This document shows, piece after piece, positions 38,680 to 48,482 of a DNA stretch of 64,000 nucleotides; within the stretch, counting starts at the first letter, position 1, and every line of letters starts with the position of its first letter. This stretch comes from Bacteroidota bacterium (GTDB taxonomy: Bacteria > Bacteroidota > Bacteroidia > Chitinophagales > Chitinophagaceae): the NCBI GenBank assembly GCA_037975885.1, contig JBANFS010000005.1, forward strand, positions 66,504 through 130,503, in the 5' to 3' direction. Both the position numbers and the translations under genes were made by a program. The notes beneath the pieces were generated by a model. The model ran no database searches, was not told the origin of the DNA, and saw nothing but the letters and a program-made list of their open reading frames with translations.

Positions 38680-40041
38680 TTAGTGGTGGTGATTGTGCAA
38701 CTTTTTTGCAAAATCTTCGGCGCTAATGCTTTCCTCTTTGGCAGAAACTTGTGTTTCAATGATGCCAAATAATTTTTCGGTACTAATGCGGTGGTAGCTA
38801 TCCTCCACAAATTTACGGTCTTGCATCATGCGGTTAGCATAATCTTCAACCCATTGTTGGTTATCACCTAAAGCACCTAGTTGACCGCCAATGTAGCTAA
38901 ACAATTGTTGCTTCGCAAAAGCACGGATATCGTCAGGCATTACTTCAATTTTATTATCGGCAGCTAATTTGCTGCTTACGAGCGTCCATTTTAATTGACC
39001 AGCAAAGCTTGGGTAATCTGCTTCAGCTTCTGCTTCGGTTTTTGGTTTTTCTCCCCCTGTTTGTAACCAACGCTTTAAAAAGCCTTCTGGTAATTCCATT
39101 GGGGTATGGTCTACAAAGTGGTGATAAATTTGGTCGTGAATTTGATTGCGAGATTGTGCATCATAATAAGCTTCCATTTCCTTTTTTACTTCTGCAGTAA
39201 ATTCCTCTGCAGTAGCAATTGCAGCATTAGGGTATACGCTTGCAAAAAACTCAGCGTTCATTTCAGCCTTTTCTACTAGACCTACTTTTGTAATTTGTAA
39301 GCTAAAATATTTATCAGCATCAGCGTCTGTTAAACCTAAATCAGCTAAAATTGCTTCTTTTTCTTTTGCTTCAAACGCTTTGCCTACTTGCAATACAATA
39401 CTGTCTTCGTTTTTCTTACCAATTAAATTTTTTCTGAACTTAGGCTCAAAATATTTTACTAGTAAAGAGTTGTCTTTTGAGATACCACCTTCAATAACTA
39501 CACCAGCCTTGTCGCACTCAACAAACTTTACATTTAGCACATTATCATCACCAGTTACTGCTTCAGGCTCTGTCATTTTACCGCTACGAATTTGTAAACG
39601 CTCAATTTCGTCTTGCAGCATTTGATCCGTTACGTTTATTTTATAGCGAGTAACTTTTACTTTTTTCAAGTCAATATCTACTGCTGGCTTAAGTCCAATT
39701 TCAAAAGCAAAGGTGTAGCTCTCTGGATTGTTTACATCCATATTGCGTAACTCGCTATCTAAAGGAAGCGGTTGAGCAAAAATATCTAGTTGTTCCGCTT
39801 GTAAGTAGCTGTTTAATTCCTGCTCAACTGTTTTTAAAACTTCGTCTGTAAAAACGCTTTGACCATACATTTTTTTAACAAGTCCTGCAGGTACCATTCC
39901 TTTTCTAAAACCAGGAATATTTGCAGTTTTTGCATATTTTTTGAGGCTCACTTCAAAATTGCCTAAGTAGTCTGCCTTATCTAAGGTTACTGTTAGTTTG
40001 TCTGTAAGCTTTGCAATGTTCTCTCTCGTAACTTTTGCCAT
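38680..40041 (-). CDS. tig: Trigger factor
   Basis: IPGFRKGMVP ribosome-binding motif; Bacteroidota-type length; upstream of clpP-clpX. Confidence 0.93.
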   Translation of the reverse strand: MAKVTRENIAKLTDKLTVTLDKADYLGNFEVSLKKYAKTANIPGFRKGMVPAGLVKKMYGQSVFTDEVLKTVEQELNSYLQAEQLDIFAQPLPLDSELRNMDVNNPESYTFAFEIGLKPAVDIDLKKVKVTRYKINVTDQMLQDEIERLQIRSGKMTEPEAVTGDDNVLNVKFVECDKAGVVIEGGISKDNSLLVKYFEPKFRKNLIGKKNEDSIVLQVGKAFEAKEKEAILADLGLTDADADKYFSLQITKVGLVEKAEMNAEFFASVYPNAAIATAEEFTAEVKKEMEAYYDAQSRNQIHDQIYHHFVDHTPMELPEGFLKRWLQTGGEKPKTEAEAEADYPSFAGQLKWTLVSSKLAADNKIEVMPDDIRAFAKQQLFSYIGGQLGALGDNQQWVEDYANRMMQDRKFVEDSYHRISTEKLFGIIETQVSAKEESISAEDFAKKLHNHHH

Positions 40042-40102
40042 GTCTTCTTATTTATAAGGTTTTGCCTGAGGCCCAAATAGGCCAAAGGGGTTAAATGGGC
40101 TG

Positions 40103-40110
40103 CAAAGGTA
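40103..40110 (-). promoter_or_regulatory. -7 element (TACCTTTG) upstream of tig
   Basis: Exact TAnnTTTG match. Confidence 0.55.
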
Positions 40111-40136
40111 AGAATTGTAGGCTAAAAACACCTCTA

Positions 40137-40715
40137 TTATTTGCCAAAAGCGGCAATATTGCTGCTAAAGATCTTTACGGCAATGGCGAGCAAAATCACA
40201 CCAAAAAACTTCCGAACGGCCATTAAACCACCCTCTCCAAGGCCTTTTTGGATCCAATTCAGTGATTTTAAGACGATAAATACAATAACTAGGTTTACAA
40301 CGATACCCGATAAAATGTAAACTTCTTCAAAATTGGCCTTTAATGACATAATGGTAGTAAGGGTTCCGCTTCCAGCAATAATGGGGAAAGCAATGGGTAC
40401 CATGGTACTAGATTTGGAGTCTTTGTCGCCTTTAAAAATTTCGTGCCCAAGTACCATTTCGAGGCCTAATAAAAAGATCACTACAGACCCACCCACGGCA
40501 AAAGAGCGAATGTCAAGGCCTAAAACGTTTAAAAAAGGCTTGCCAACAAATAAAAAGGCAATCATGAGTGCTCCAGAAATTAGGGTGGCATTACCAGATT
40601 TAATGCCACCCATTTTTTCTTTCAAGGATATTAAAAGCGGAATAGATCCGACAATATCTATAACCGCAAATAGTGTAAATGTAACCGTGATGAGTTGGTC
40701 AAATTGGAAGTTCAT
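40137..40715 (-). CDS. MarC family membrane protein
   Basis: LFAVIDIVGSIP, VPIAFPIIAGSG and RKFFGVILLAIAV motifs; likely start MNFQFDQ at 40715. Confidence 0.88.
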   Translation of the reverse strand: MNFQFDQLITVTFTLFAVIDIVGSIPLLISLKEKMGGIKSGNATLISGALMIAFLFVGKPFLNVLGLDIRSFAVGGSVVIFLLGLEMVLGHEIFKGDKDSKSSTMVPIAFPIIAGSGTLTTIMSLKANFEEVYILSGIVVNLVIVFIVLKSLNWIQKGLGEGGLMAVRKFFGVILLAIAVKIFSSNIAAFGK

Positions 40716-40759
40716 ATTGGTAAGTATTGTTGCCCTTCTTACAAATATAACCAATTATT

Positions 40760-42676
40760 TTACCAACTGAACATGGCCCCAATACTTGCATTTAGCGGCA
40801 TGGTTTTAAAGCCATAGACCTCATAATATTTGGTGTTGGTGAAGTTTTGAATGTCAGCAGTAAAGCGCCAATATTTATTAAGTTGGTAACCAACATTTGC
40901 AGCAATTGTTGCATAAGATTTCAAAAGTATATCAGGCGCCGCATAACCACCAACATCATATCTTTTGCTCGCATACCTGCCTGTAATTTCGAGTCGCAAT
41001 TTTGTATTGACTTGAGCGCTGATACCCATATTTAATTGGTGCGCGGGCCTACGTAGTAAATAATCGTATGTGATGGTGTCTTGATTGGTGATTCTATTTT
41101 GCGTGGTTTCTTTGCCAGCTAAAAAAGTATAGTTAGCAAAAGCAGTAACGCCGTTCGCAAATGATTTTCTCAGTTCAAACTCTAATCCGTTCACTATTTG
41201 TTTTACATAATTAAAATACTGATAATTGATGTAGTTGTAATCGATTCCATTTGCTGTTTGTCTGTTAAAATATACAAGCCTTGTTTGAAGCGTTTTGTTT
41301 TGGTAACTAAAACCAGCTTCGTAACTGGTTGCTTTTTCTGGATCTAGTTTGTCGTTGATACTTATTTGGTATAAGGATGGTGCTTTAAATCCAGAAGACA
41401 CACTTGCAAAAATTCTTGTGTTTGCACTCAGTGCAAAAGATGGATTTAAAGTAAAGGTTTGGTTGCTACCATACACCGAATGTTTGTTGGCACGACCACC
41501 TAATTCGAGGGTTAATTTTTTATCTAGGCCAGTGTAGAGTAATGAACCATAAATGGCAGATTGCTCGGCAAATCTAGTAGGATCATTAAATTTGTAAGGG
41601 CCCCAACCGCTCACAGAAAGATAGTTTTGACTATATGAACCTTTTCTGTAATCCAGTCCTGCAAGGGCTGTTAGCCTGTCTGATAATTTAACGCTGGTAT
41701 ATATTTCGGCGTAATCAGAAGCAGCTACGTAATCGTTTTTTTCAAACCAAGTACTTGTTTTATGCGCACTGTCATTTAAAAAATGTCGATCCAAAGTATT
41801 GTGCTGATAGGTACCTGTAATTTGCCAATCATTTTTCTTGTAAACAAAACCAGTACCTATTAGTAAGCTGCTATTTTCGATGGTAAAATCTCTATCATCT
41901 CTAAAAACGCCCGCGTCAACACCTGCTTTGTATTTGTTGTACATGCTAAATGCCTTAACCGAAAAATGTTCGGTAGCTGCGTAGTTGATTTGGCCATGAA
42001 GTGCGGTTCCTTTATAGGCGTCTGCATCAAAATTATTTTTTCCAGTTGTATCATTTGCTGCAGAAAATCCTTTTGAATTGCTATGTGCAATGCGGCCAGA
42101 GTATGACCATTTATTTTTTTTGCCTGCAACTTGTAAGTTGTTTTTTTGAGTACCAAAACTACCCAAAATACTACTAGCATTAATTTGTAATGGCCTCGTA
42201 ATATCTTTACTGGTGGTAATAATATTGATTACACCTGCAATGGCGTCACTACCATACAGGGTAGATTGCGCGCCTCTGCAAATTTCTATACGCTCAATAC
42301 TACTTGTTGCAAAAAGATTTAAGTCTAAATCGTTGTTGATAAATGATGGATCATTTACTGGGATGCCGTCAAGTAATACAAGTGTTCTGCCGCCAGATGC
42401 GCCGCGCGTAAAAATAGTTTGAACACTTCCTGCATTGTTGCTAGCCCCATTGACCGTAACACCAACTTGTTCTTGAAGCAGGGTGGCTAAATTTTTGTTG
42501 CCCATTTTTTCCAAATCTGATTTGGTAATAACGGTAACCACTTTGCCGGTGGTAGATTGTTTTTGTGCCATTTTATTGGCCGTCACCACAACTTCGTCGA
42601 GTGTGGTGGTGTCTTGTTGTGCGCTTACCATTTTCGCTGAAAATAGCAAGCTGAGGAGCATTAATTTTTTGCCCAT
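40760..42676 (-). CDS. btuB: TonB-dependent cobalamin receptor, BtuB-like
   Basis: Signal peptide, TonB box (LDEVVVTA), plug RTLVLLDG...IERIEICRGAQSTLYGSDAIAGVINI, C-terminal aromatic residue; directly downstream of a cobalamin riboswitch. Confidence 0.85.
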   Translation of the reverse strand: MGKKLMLLSLLFSAKMVSAQQDTTTLDEVVVTANKMAQKQSTTGKVVTVITKSDLEKMGNKNLATLLQEQVGVTVNGASNNAGSVQTIFTRGASGGRTLVLLDGIPVNDPSFINNDLDLNLFATSSIERIEICRGAQSTLYGSDAIAGVINIITTSKDITRPLQINASSILGSFGTQKNNLQVAGKKNKWSYSGRIAHSNSKGFSAANDTTGKNNFDADAYKGTALHGQINYAATEHFSVKAFSMYNKYKAGVDAGVFRDDRDFTIENSSLLIGTGFVYKKNDWQITGTYQHNTLDRHFLNDSAHKTSTWFEKNDYVAASDYAEIYTSVKLSDRLTALAGLDYRKGSYSQNYLSVSGWGPYKFNDPTRFAEQSAIYGSLLYTGLDKKLTLELGGRANKHSVYGSNQTFTLNPSFALSANTRIFASVSSGFKAPSLYQISINDKLDPEKATSYEAGFSYQNKTLQTRLVYFNRQTANGIDYNYINYQYFNYVKQIVNGLEFELRKSFANGVTAFANYTFLAGKETTQNRITNQDTITYDYLLRRPAHQLNMGISAQVNTKLRLEITGRYASKRYDVGGYAAPDILLKSYATIAANVGYQLNKYWRFTADIQNFTNTKYYEVYGFKTMPLNASIGAMFSW

Positions 42677-42708
42677 TGTTTGTTTTTTTTAATTTGAACA
42701 ATGAGCTT

Positions 42709-42765
42709 TCAAGAGTTAAAACGGTAGAAACATAAATAGCCGCTGATACAGCATTTACATTCCAT
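42709..42765 (-). other. Putative 18-codon Cys-rich upstream ORF (MECKCCISGYLCFYRFNS*) in the btuB leader
   Basis: ATG directly follows the hairpin GCTTTCGGGCGAAAAGC; TGA 32 nt before the btuB ATG. Confidence 0.3.
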
Positions 42766-42799
42766 GCTTTTCGCCCGAAAGCCGTGAATGATGGTTTGT

Positions 42800-42966
42800 G
42801 ATTGGCAGGTCTTCTGGCTTACGCGCTTCCAACGGGCCTTCCCATCCTAGAATAGAACAGTGGCTGAGGTGTTGGTTGCCTTTTTGCGTTTACAGCTACG
42901 GGGATAGCGCAAGACTTACACTTGCTTCCCTTTTAATTCCGAAAAATTCGAAAACCAATTACAAAG
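42800..42966 (-). ncRNA. Cobalamin (AdoCbl) riboswitch
   Basis: Minus strand shows AAAAGGGAAGCAAGTG..CTTGCGCTATCCCCGTAGCTGTAA, the B12-box GCCACTG...GGGAAGGC and AAGCCAGAAGACCTGCC, upstream of a TonB receptor. Confidence 0.92.
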
Positions 42967-43076
42967 CGAATGTAGGTATTCTACATTCAATTAGCTAAAC
43001 AGGCTCCCTTTTAGTTTTACACCATGCGTTGAAAACTCCCTGAAAGTTTACTACATTTAAGCCCACACTTTATGAT

Positions 43077-44420
43077 ATGCAATCGAAACAAAAATTAAAT
43101 TTATTTAGCTTCACCATGATCGTGGTAGGGCTTGTAATTGGGATGGGAATTTTCAGAACCGCAGCTACCAGTGCTAAAGATGCCATTGAACCCTCTGTTT
43201 ATTTTAGTGCTTGGATAGTAGGTGGCCTAGTTGCCATGTGTGGCGCGCTCACGTATGCAGAAATTGGAAGTCGTTACCCTGTTACGGGCGGCTATTATAA
43301 AGTATTTTCTTATGCCTACCATCCAAGTGTTGCTTTTGCAATTAACTGCATCATTTTAATTAGTAACGCCGCTAGCTTGAGTGGCGTTGCACTTATTGGT
43401 AGTGGGTATATCGCTAAATTGTTTCCAGGACACAGTTGGTCTGATATTGATAAAGCACTGTTAAGTGTAGCTGCTATTTTAGTTTTTTATTTTATCAATT
43501 TGCGCGGATTAAAAATGAGTGCGCGCGCGCAAAACGTACTCATGCTTATAAAAATAAGTATGATAATCGTTATCATTGCAGCTTTATTTTTTCCGCATGA
43601 AACCCTTTTGCACGCTGCATCTGCCCCGGCTCAAGCTGCAACGAATATGAGTTGGATTCAAAGCTTTGGCATTAGTTTAATAGCAGTATCGTTTACTTAT
43701 GGTGGCTATCAACAAACCATCAATTTTGGTAATGAAGTTGAGAAGCCATCAAAAACCATACCTAAAGGAATTTTTATTGGCATCAGCATCATTATTGCGT
43801 TATATCTACTCGCTAATTTCAGTTACTATATGATTATTGGTTTTGACAATATGAAAGGCGAAAGAGAAATTGCATATGCGCTTATTCAACAAACTTTTGG
43901 CAATCAGGCTGCTAATATTTTTTCTTTCTTTTTATTTTTTGGCGTCCTAGCTTATGTGAATGCATTATTAATGAGTAACCCAAGAGTAATGTACGCTATG
44001 AGTGCCGAAGGAACACTCCCCGCTGTTTTTTCTAAACAAGATAAAAAAACGGATGTTCTCGTTTTTTCGTTAACTATTTTTGCGGCGGTATGTATTGTAA
44101 TTTTATTTTTCGCACAAACTTTTGAAAAGATTTTAAACTTCACCATCTTTTTGGACTGCTTTGGGATGGTAGCTTCCAGTGCTGCCATTTTTAAACTCCG
44201 CAGTAAAACCAAGCACCTGGATGGTACGGGCATCTTTAAAATGAAACTATTTCCACTAATACCCCTGTTTTTTATCGCCAATTACCTCTTTGTGGGCGTT
44301 AGTATAGCCATCCAAACTCCAGAAACAGCAGGGGTAGGGGTTGCCGTGTTGGCTGCATTTATGGTACTCTATTTTGTTACTTCTAGGTACCGAAAATCGG
44401 GTCCCAAGACTGCTGAATAG
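43077..44420 (+). CDS. APC family amino acid permease
   Basis: GLVIGMGIF, YAEIGSRYP..GGYY, SFTYGG and EV..PSK.IPKGI motifs; about 12 TMs. Confidence 0.9.
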   Translation: MQSKQKLNLFSFTMIVVGLVIGMGIFRTAATSAKDAIEPSVYFSAWIVGGLVAMCGALTYAEIGSRYPVTGGYYKVFSYAYHPSVAFAINCIILISNAASLSGVALIGSGYIAKLFPGHSWSDIDKALLSVAAILVFYFINLRGLKMSARAQNVLMLIKISMIIVIIAALFFPHETLLHAASAPAQAATNMSWIQSFGISLIAVSFTYGGYQQTINFGNEVEKPSKTIPKGIFIGISIIIALYLLANFSYYMIIGFDNMKGEREIAYALIQQTFGNQAANIFSFFLFFGVLAYVNALLMSNPRVMYAMSAEGTLPAVFSKQDKKTDVLVFSLTIFAAVCIVILFFAQTFEKILNFTIFLDCFGMVASSAAIFKLRSKTKHLDGTGIFKMKLFPLIPLFFIANYLFVGVSIAIQTPETAGVGVAVLAAFMVLYFVTSRYRKSGPKTAE

Positions 44421-44510
44421 ATAAATTCACCCTTCATAACACATAAATTGCCAAAATACCCCCTTTCTTTCCGTCTGTCTAAATTTTAGGGCAAAGGCCA
44501 TTTAATGCAC

Positions 44511-44518
44511 TATTTTTG
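44511..44518 (+). promoter_or_regulatory. -7 element (TATTTTTG) 7 nt before the tolC-family ATG
   Basis: Exact TAnnTTTG match. Confidence 0.5.
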
Positions 44519-44525
44519 CTCTTCT

Positions 44526-45986
44526 ATGAAATCAATATTTACCCTCCTTGCTGCCCTTGTTGTATTACAGGCTCAGTCCCAAACCGAAAAGTGGGACCTC
44601 AAACGTTGTGTAGAATATGCGACTAGTCATAACATTTCTGTTAAACAAGCTGATATTCAGGCACGTATTGCAGCGGTGCAAACCAAACTTTCTAAACTAG
44701 CACTATACCCATCTGTATCAGGTAATTCTGGAATGGGTGTGCGTTTTGGTAGATCTATTGACCCAACTACCAACGCCTTTGCTACTACACAGTTTTTATT
44801 CCAAAATATAGGGTTGTCTGGGGGAATGCAACTATATAACTATGGTAGTCTAAAAAATAGCGTTGCTGTTGCAGATTTAAACGCCAAAGCAGCCCTTGCC
44901 GATATTGATAGAATTGCCAACGATATTTCTTTAAACGTGGCTAATTTTTATCTAAACGTATTGGCATCAGCTGAGCAAGTAAAAATTACACAAGTGCAAA
45001 TTGCACAAACATTAACGCAATTAGAAATCACCAAAAAAAGAGTAGATGCTGGTGCATTACCAGAATTAAATTTGGCTGAAATTGAAGTGCAGCTTGCTTC
45101 TGATAGTAGTAATTACATTGCAGCTTATACAGGCTACGAGCAAAATATTTTAAATTTACAAGGGTTATTAAACCTAGATCCTGCCGTGCCTTTTGAAGTG
45201 GCTACGCCAAATATCAGTAACATTCCTATTCCAAGTTTTGCCGAATTGCAACCCGCTATGGTATATGAAATGGCACTTGGTACACAGCCACTACAAAAAG
45301 CTAATGCCATTCGTTTAGAAGCTGCTAAAAAATCGGTATTGGTGGCAAAAGCACAGCAATATCCAACCTTAACGGTGGGTGGTAATTTGGCATCCAATTT
45401 TTCTAATTCTTTCAGAAGAACAACGGGTGCAAGCTTTTTAGGATATGGCACACCAGTGCCTGGCTTTGATCCAAAAGTATCTATTGGAGGCCAAGATTAT
45501 TTTGTACAAAGTCCCATGTATAAACTCAATCAAACCAACCGAAATATCAGTGAAATATGGGATGGTTGGGCCAAACAGCTAAGTAACAACTTTGGACAGA
45601 ACATTGGATTTAATCTATCTATCCCCATTTTTAATGGTGGTCAAGCTAAAGGGGCGTATCAACGTGCTAACCTAAATGTTAAATCTGCAGAGTTGCAAAA
45701 AGAACAAGCGGATATTACGTTAAAGCAAAATATTTATACCGCTTACAACAATGCAACCGCTGCTTTGCAAAAATTAAACGCAAGTACAAAAGCAGTTGAA
45801 ACAGCGCAAAAAGCATATGATTTTGCTTCAAAAAGATATGAAGTAGGGCTTTTAAGTTCGCTGGATTTAATTACCAATCAAAATAATTTGTTGCGTGCTA
45901 AAGTGCAACAATTAAGTAACCAATACGATTATATATTTAAAATGAAAGTGCTTGAGTTTTACAAAGGACAAGGCATTGCACTTTAA
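44526..45986 (+). CDS. TolC family outer-membrane efflux protein
   Basis: Signal peptide MKSIFT..., WDLKRCVEYA, duplicated OEP repeats (A..QYPTL, LSIPIFNGG, RYEVGLLS.LDL). Confidence 0.9.
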   Translation: MKSIFTLLAALVVLQAQSQTEKWDLKRCVEYATSHNISVKQADIQARIAAVQTKLSKLALYPSVSGNSGMGVRFGRSIDPTTNAFATTQFLFQNIGLSGGMQLYNYGSLKNSVAVADLNAKAALADIDRIANDISLNVANFYLNVLASAEQVKITQVQIAQTLTQLEITKKRVDAGALPELNLAEIEVQLASDSSNYIAAYTGYEQNILNLQGLLNLDPAVPFEVATPNISNIPIPSFAELQPAMVYEMALGTQPLQKANAIRLEAAKKSVLVAKAQQYPTLTVGGNLASNFSNSFRRTTGASFLGYGTPVPGFDPKVSIGGQDYFVQSPMYKLNQTNRNISEIWDGWAKQLSNNFGQNIGFNLSIPIFNGGQAKGAYQRANLNVKSAELQKEQADITLKQNIYTAYNNATAALQKLNASTKAVETAQKAYDFASKRYEVGLLSSLDLITNQNNLLRAKVQQLSNQYDYIFKMKVLEFYKGQGIAL

Positions 45987-46028
45987 TATAGCATCATTAC
46001 ATTTTTAAAAAGTTTGAAATAAAATACC

Positions 46029-47402
46029 ATGAATAAAAAATTACTTTGGACGATCGTTTCACTTGCCCTTTTAATTGTTGTGTTCGTAACACTTAAAAAA
46101 ACCGGCGTTATTGGAAAAGAAGATGGACTTACTGTTTCTGCAGAAAAAGCCGAAATGCGAACCATCATTGAAACAGTGAATGCGAGTGGTAAAGTATATC
46201 CAGAAATTGAAGTAAAAGTGAGTCCGGATATCAGTGGAGAAATTGTTGAGCTAAACGTAAATGAAGGTGATAGTGTTACAAAAGGCCAAGTATTAGCCCG
46301 TATATACGCAGACATTTACTCTACGCAGCGTGATCAAGTAGCCGCTGGTGTAAACCAGGCTAGAGCGCAGCTTGCAAATTCATCAGCAAGTATTGCTGGA
46401 CTCAAAGCAACGCTTGATAACGCAAAGCAGGTATATGATCGTCAGCTTAAATTATACAACGACAAAGTAACTTCTCGTCAAGAATTTGAACAAGCACAAC
46501 AAGCATTAAGAACTGCAGAAGCAAATTATAATGGCGCCAGAGAAGGACTTAAAGGTACGCAAGCTGCAATCAGCGGTGCAGAGGCTCAATTAGCGCGTGC
46601 CAATAAAGATTTATCAAGAACAACACTTGTAGCACCCATGAATGGTATTATAAGTTTGCTTGCAGTAAAAAAAGGCGAGCGTGTTGTGGGGACTGCACAA
46701 ATGGCTGGTACAGAAATGATGCGTGTAGCAGATATGCGTAGCATCGAAATTAGAGTAGACGTTGGCGAGAATGATATTCCTAAAGTAAAAATTGGCGATA
46801 CAGCAGTAGTTGAAGTAGATGCTTATACCAATAGAAAATTTAAAGGGCTGGTTTATAAAATTGCAAATCCTATCACTTCAGCAGCAGGAGCAGCAGGTAG
46901 TAGTTCTGAAGTAACCAACTACAAAGTACATATTCGTTTACTTGCAAGTAGCTATCAAGATTTAATTGTAGCTGGCAATAGCTTTCCTTTTAGACCTGGC
47001 ATGAGTGCAAGTGCAGATATTCAAACCAAAACCAAAGTAAACGTTTTATCGATTCCATTAAACGCAGTAACAACAAGAGACAAGTCGGAAGGTAAAGCAG
47101 GTGCAAGTACTGGTAAAGAGGATAAAAAAGAAGAAGCTGCTCCTACTACCGATAAAAAATCATTAGAAGCAGATGATACCGAAGAAGTAGTATTTGTTCT
47201 ACAAAAAGACAACCGCGTTAAAAAAGTAAAAGTAAAAACAGATATTCAAGACCTCAATTATATCGAAATTATTGATGGTATTAAGGCAGGCGATCAAGTA
47301 ATTACAGGTCCTTACAATACGGTTAGCAAGCTTATTAAAGATAGTAGCCTTGTAAAAGTTGTAAGTAAGGATAAACTCTTTGAAGACAAGAAAAAAGACT
47401 AA
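46029..47402 (+). CDS. Efflux membrane-fusion protein (HlyD/MacA-like periplasmic adaptor)
   Basis: N-terminal TM anchor, VNASGKVYP...SGEIVEL.V.EGD.V.KGQ lipoyl half, coiled coil, APMNG and FRPGMSA motifs. Confidence 0.9.
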   Translation: MNKKLLWTIVSLALLIVVFVTLKKTGVIGKEDGLTVSAEKAEMRTIIETVNASGKVYPEIEVKVSPDISGEIVELNVNEGDSVTKGQVLARIYADIYSTQRDQVAAGVNQARAQLANSSASIAGLKATLDNAKQVYDRQLKLYNDKVTSRQEFEQAQQALRTAEANYNGAREGLKGTQAAISGAEAQLARANKDLSRTTLVAPMNGIISLLAVKKGERVVGTAQMAGTEMMRVADMRSIEIRVDVGENDIPKVKIGDTAVVEVDAYTNRKFKGLVYKIANPITSAAGAAGSSSEVTNYKVHIRLLASSYQDLIVAGNSFPFRPGMSASADIQTKTKVNVLSIPLNAVTTRDKSEGKAGASTGKEDKKEEAAPTTDKKSLEADDTEEVVFVLQKDNRVKKVKVKTDIQDLNYIEIIDGIKAGDQVITGPYNTVSKLIKDSSLVKVVSKDKLFEDKKKD

Positions 47403-47426
47403 GATTTTCAATAAAAAATCCTTTCG

Positions 47427-47434
47427 TATGTTTG
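47427..47434 (+). promoter_or_regulatory. -7 element (TATGTTTG) upstream of gpsA
   Basis: Exact TAnnTTTG match. Confidence 0.5.
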
Positions 47435-47459
47435 TGGTTGATCAACAACCAAATTAGAT

Positions 47460-48470
47460 ATGCGTTTTGGAATTATCGGAAGTGGAAGTTGGGCAACAGC
47501 CCTTGCTAAAATCTTAACAGATAATGGCAATGCTATTCATTGGTGGGTAAGAAATTCTGACACCATCCAGTATATCCAAAAGCGCAAACACAATCCACAT
47601 TATTTAAGCGCCGCTTATTTTAACCAGGCTCAGCTACATTTGACGGATAACGTAGAAGAGCTCGTGGCGGCTGTGGATGTGGTTGTGGTGGCCGTTCCAT
47701 CTGCGTATGTGAGTTCTATATTTGAAGGCATTGATGCTAGCTTACTTGAAGGCAAAAAAATCGTATCTGCTGTAAAAGGTATATTGCCAGATCATAATGT
47801 TTTACTCAATCAATACCTGCACACTACATTTAATTTTCCACTCGATCATTATTTTACACTATTAGGTCCTTGTCATGCAGAAGAAGTGGCCTCCGAAAAA
47901 CTATCTTATTTAACTTTTTCTGGGACTACGCATGAAACAGCGCAGGAAATAGCATCCCATTTTAATTGTGATTATATCAATACGGTTGTTAATACCGACA
48001 TCTATGGTTCTCAGTTTGCGTCTGTATTAAAAAATATATATGCACTCGGTGCTGGTATTGCACATGGACTTGATTACGGCGATAATTTTTTAAGTGTATA
48101 CATTGCAAATTGTGCCAACGAAATGGCTAATTTTTTACAAAAATGTGACCACTGTGAAGGGGCGTCTAAAGTTGTAGTTGCACCTAATTATAATGCCTCT
48201 GTGTATTTAGGCGATTTACTTGTTACCTGTTATTCATTGTACTCGCGGAATCGAACTTTTGGAAACATGATTGGTAAAGGGTACTCTGTAAAAGCGGCTC
48301 AACTCGAATTAAATATGGTGGCCGAAGGGTATAATGCTAGTAAATGTATTTTCGAAATCAATCAGACCTATGGCGCCGAAATGCCTATTGCTACAGGTAT
48401 CTACCAGATTTTATGGAAGCATGTACACGCGGCAAATGGGTTTTCTGAAATAGAAAAAATACTCCTATAA
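47460..48470 (+). CDS. gpsA: NAD(P)H-dependent glycerol-3-phosphate dehydrogenase
   Basis: GSGSWATAL, GPCHAEE, LKNIYA, GDLLVTC.S..SRNR and MVAEG motifs. Confidence 0.94.
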   Translation: MRFGIIGSGSWATALAKILTDNGNAIHWWVRNSDTIQYIQKRKHNPHYLSAAYFNQAQLHLTDNVEELVAAVDVVVVAVPSAYVSSIFEGIDASLLEGKKIVSAVKGILPDHNVLLNQYLHTTFNFPLDHYFTLLGPCHAEEVASEKLSYLTFSGTTHETAQEIASHFNCDYINTVVNTDIYGSQFASVLKNIYALGAGIAHGLDYGDNFLSVYIANCANEMANFLQKCDHCEGASKVVVAPNYNASVYLGDLLVTCYSLYSRNRTFGNMIGKGYSVKAAQLELNMVAEGYNASKCIFEINQTYGAEMPIATGIYQILWKHVHAANGFSEIEKILL

Positions 48471-48482
48471 TTTTTTTTGAGG

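Noticed and set aside
38680-38700. His-rich C-terminus of trigger factor (LHNHHH) as a metal-binding tag
   Set aside because: Very short; similar tails are, to my recollection, common on Bacteroidota trigger factors; nothing else supports a function
40333-40770. 145-aa plus-strand ORF, representative of the many 60-145-aa ORFs in the track that overlap larger genes (e.g. 2523, 7989, 13573, 29017, 40333, 45134, 45983, 59038)
   Set aside because: They lie antisense or out of frame within well-supported genes, lack recognisable motifs and show shadow-ORF composition
42798-42998. 66-aa minus-strand ORF upstream of btuB
   Set aside because: Coincides with the cobalamin riboswitch aptamer; the sequence is explained by RNA structure
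44505-44525. Upstream start (MHYFCSS) for TolC, and the 13-aa extension of MarC (40754)
   Set aside because: The TolC extension overlaps its own -7 element, and the signal peptide starts at 44526; the MarC hydrophobic core starts at 40715
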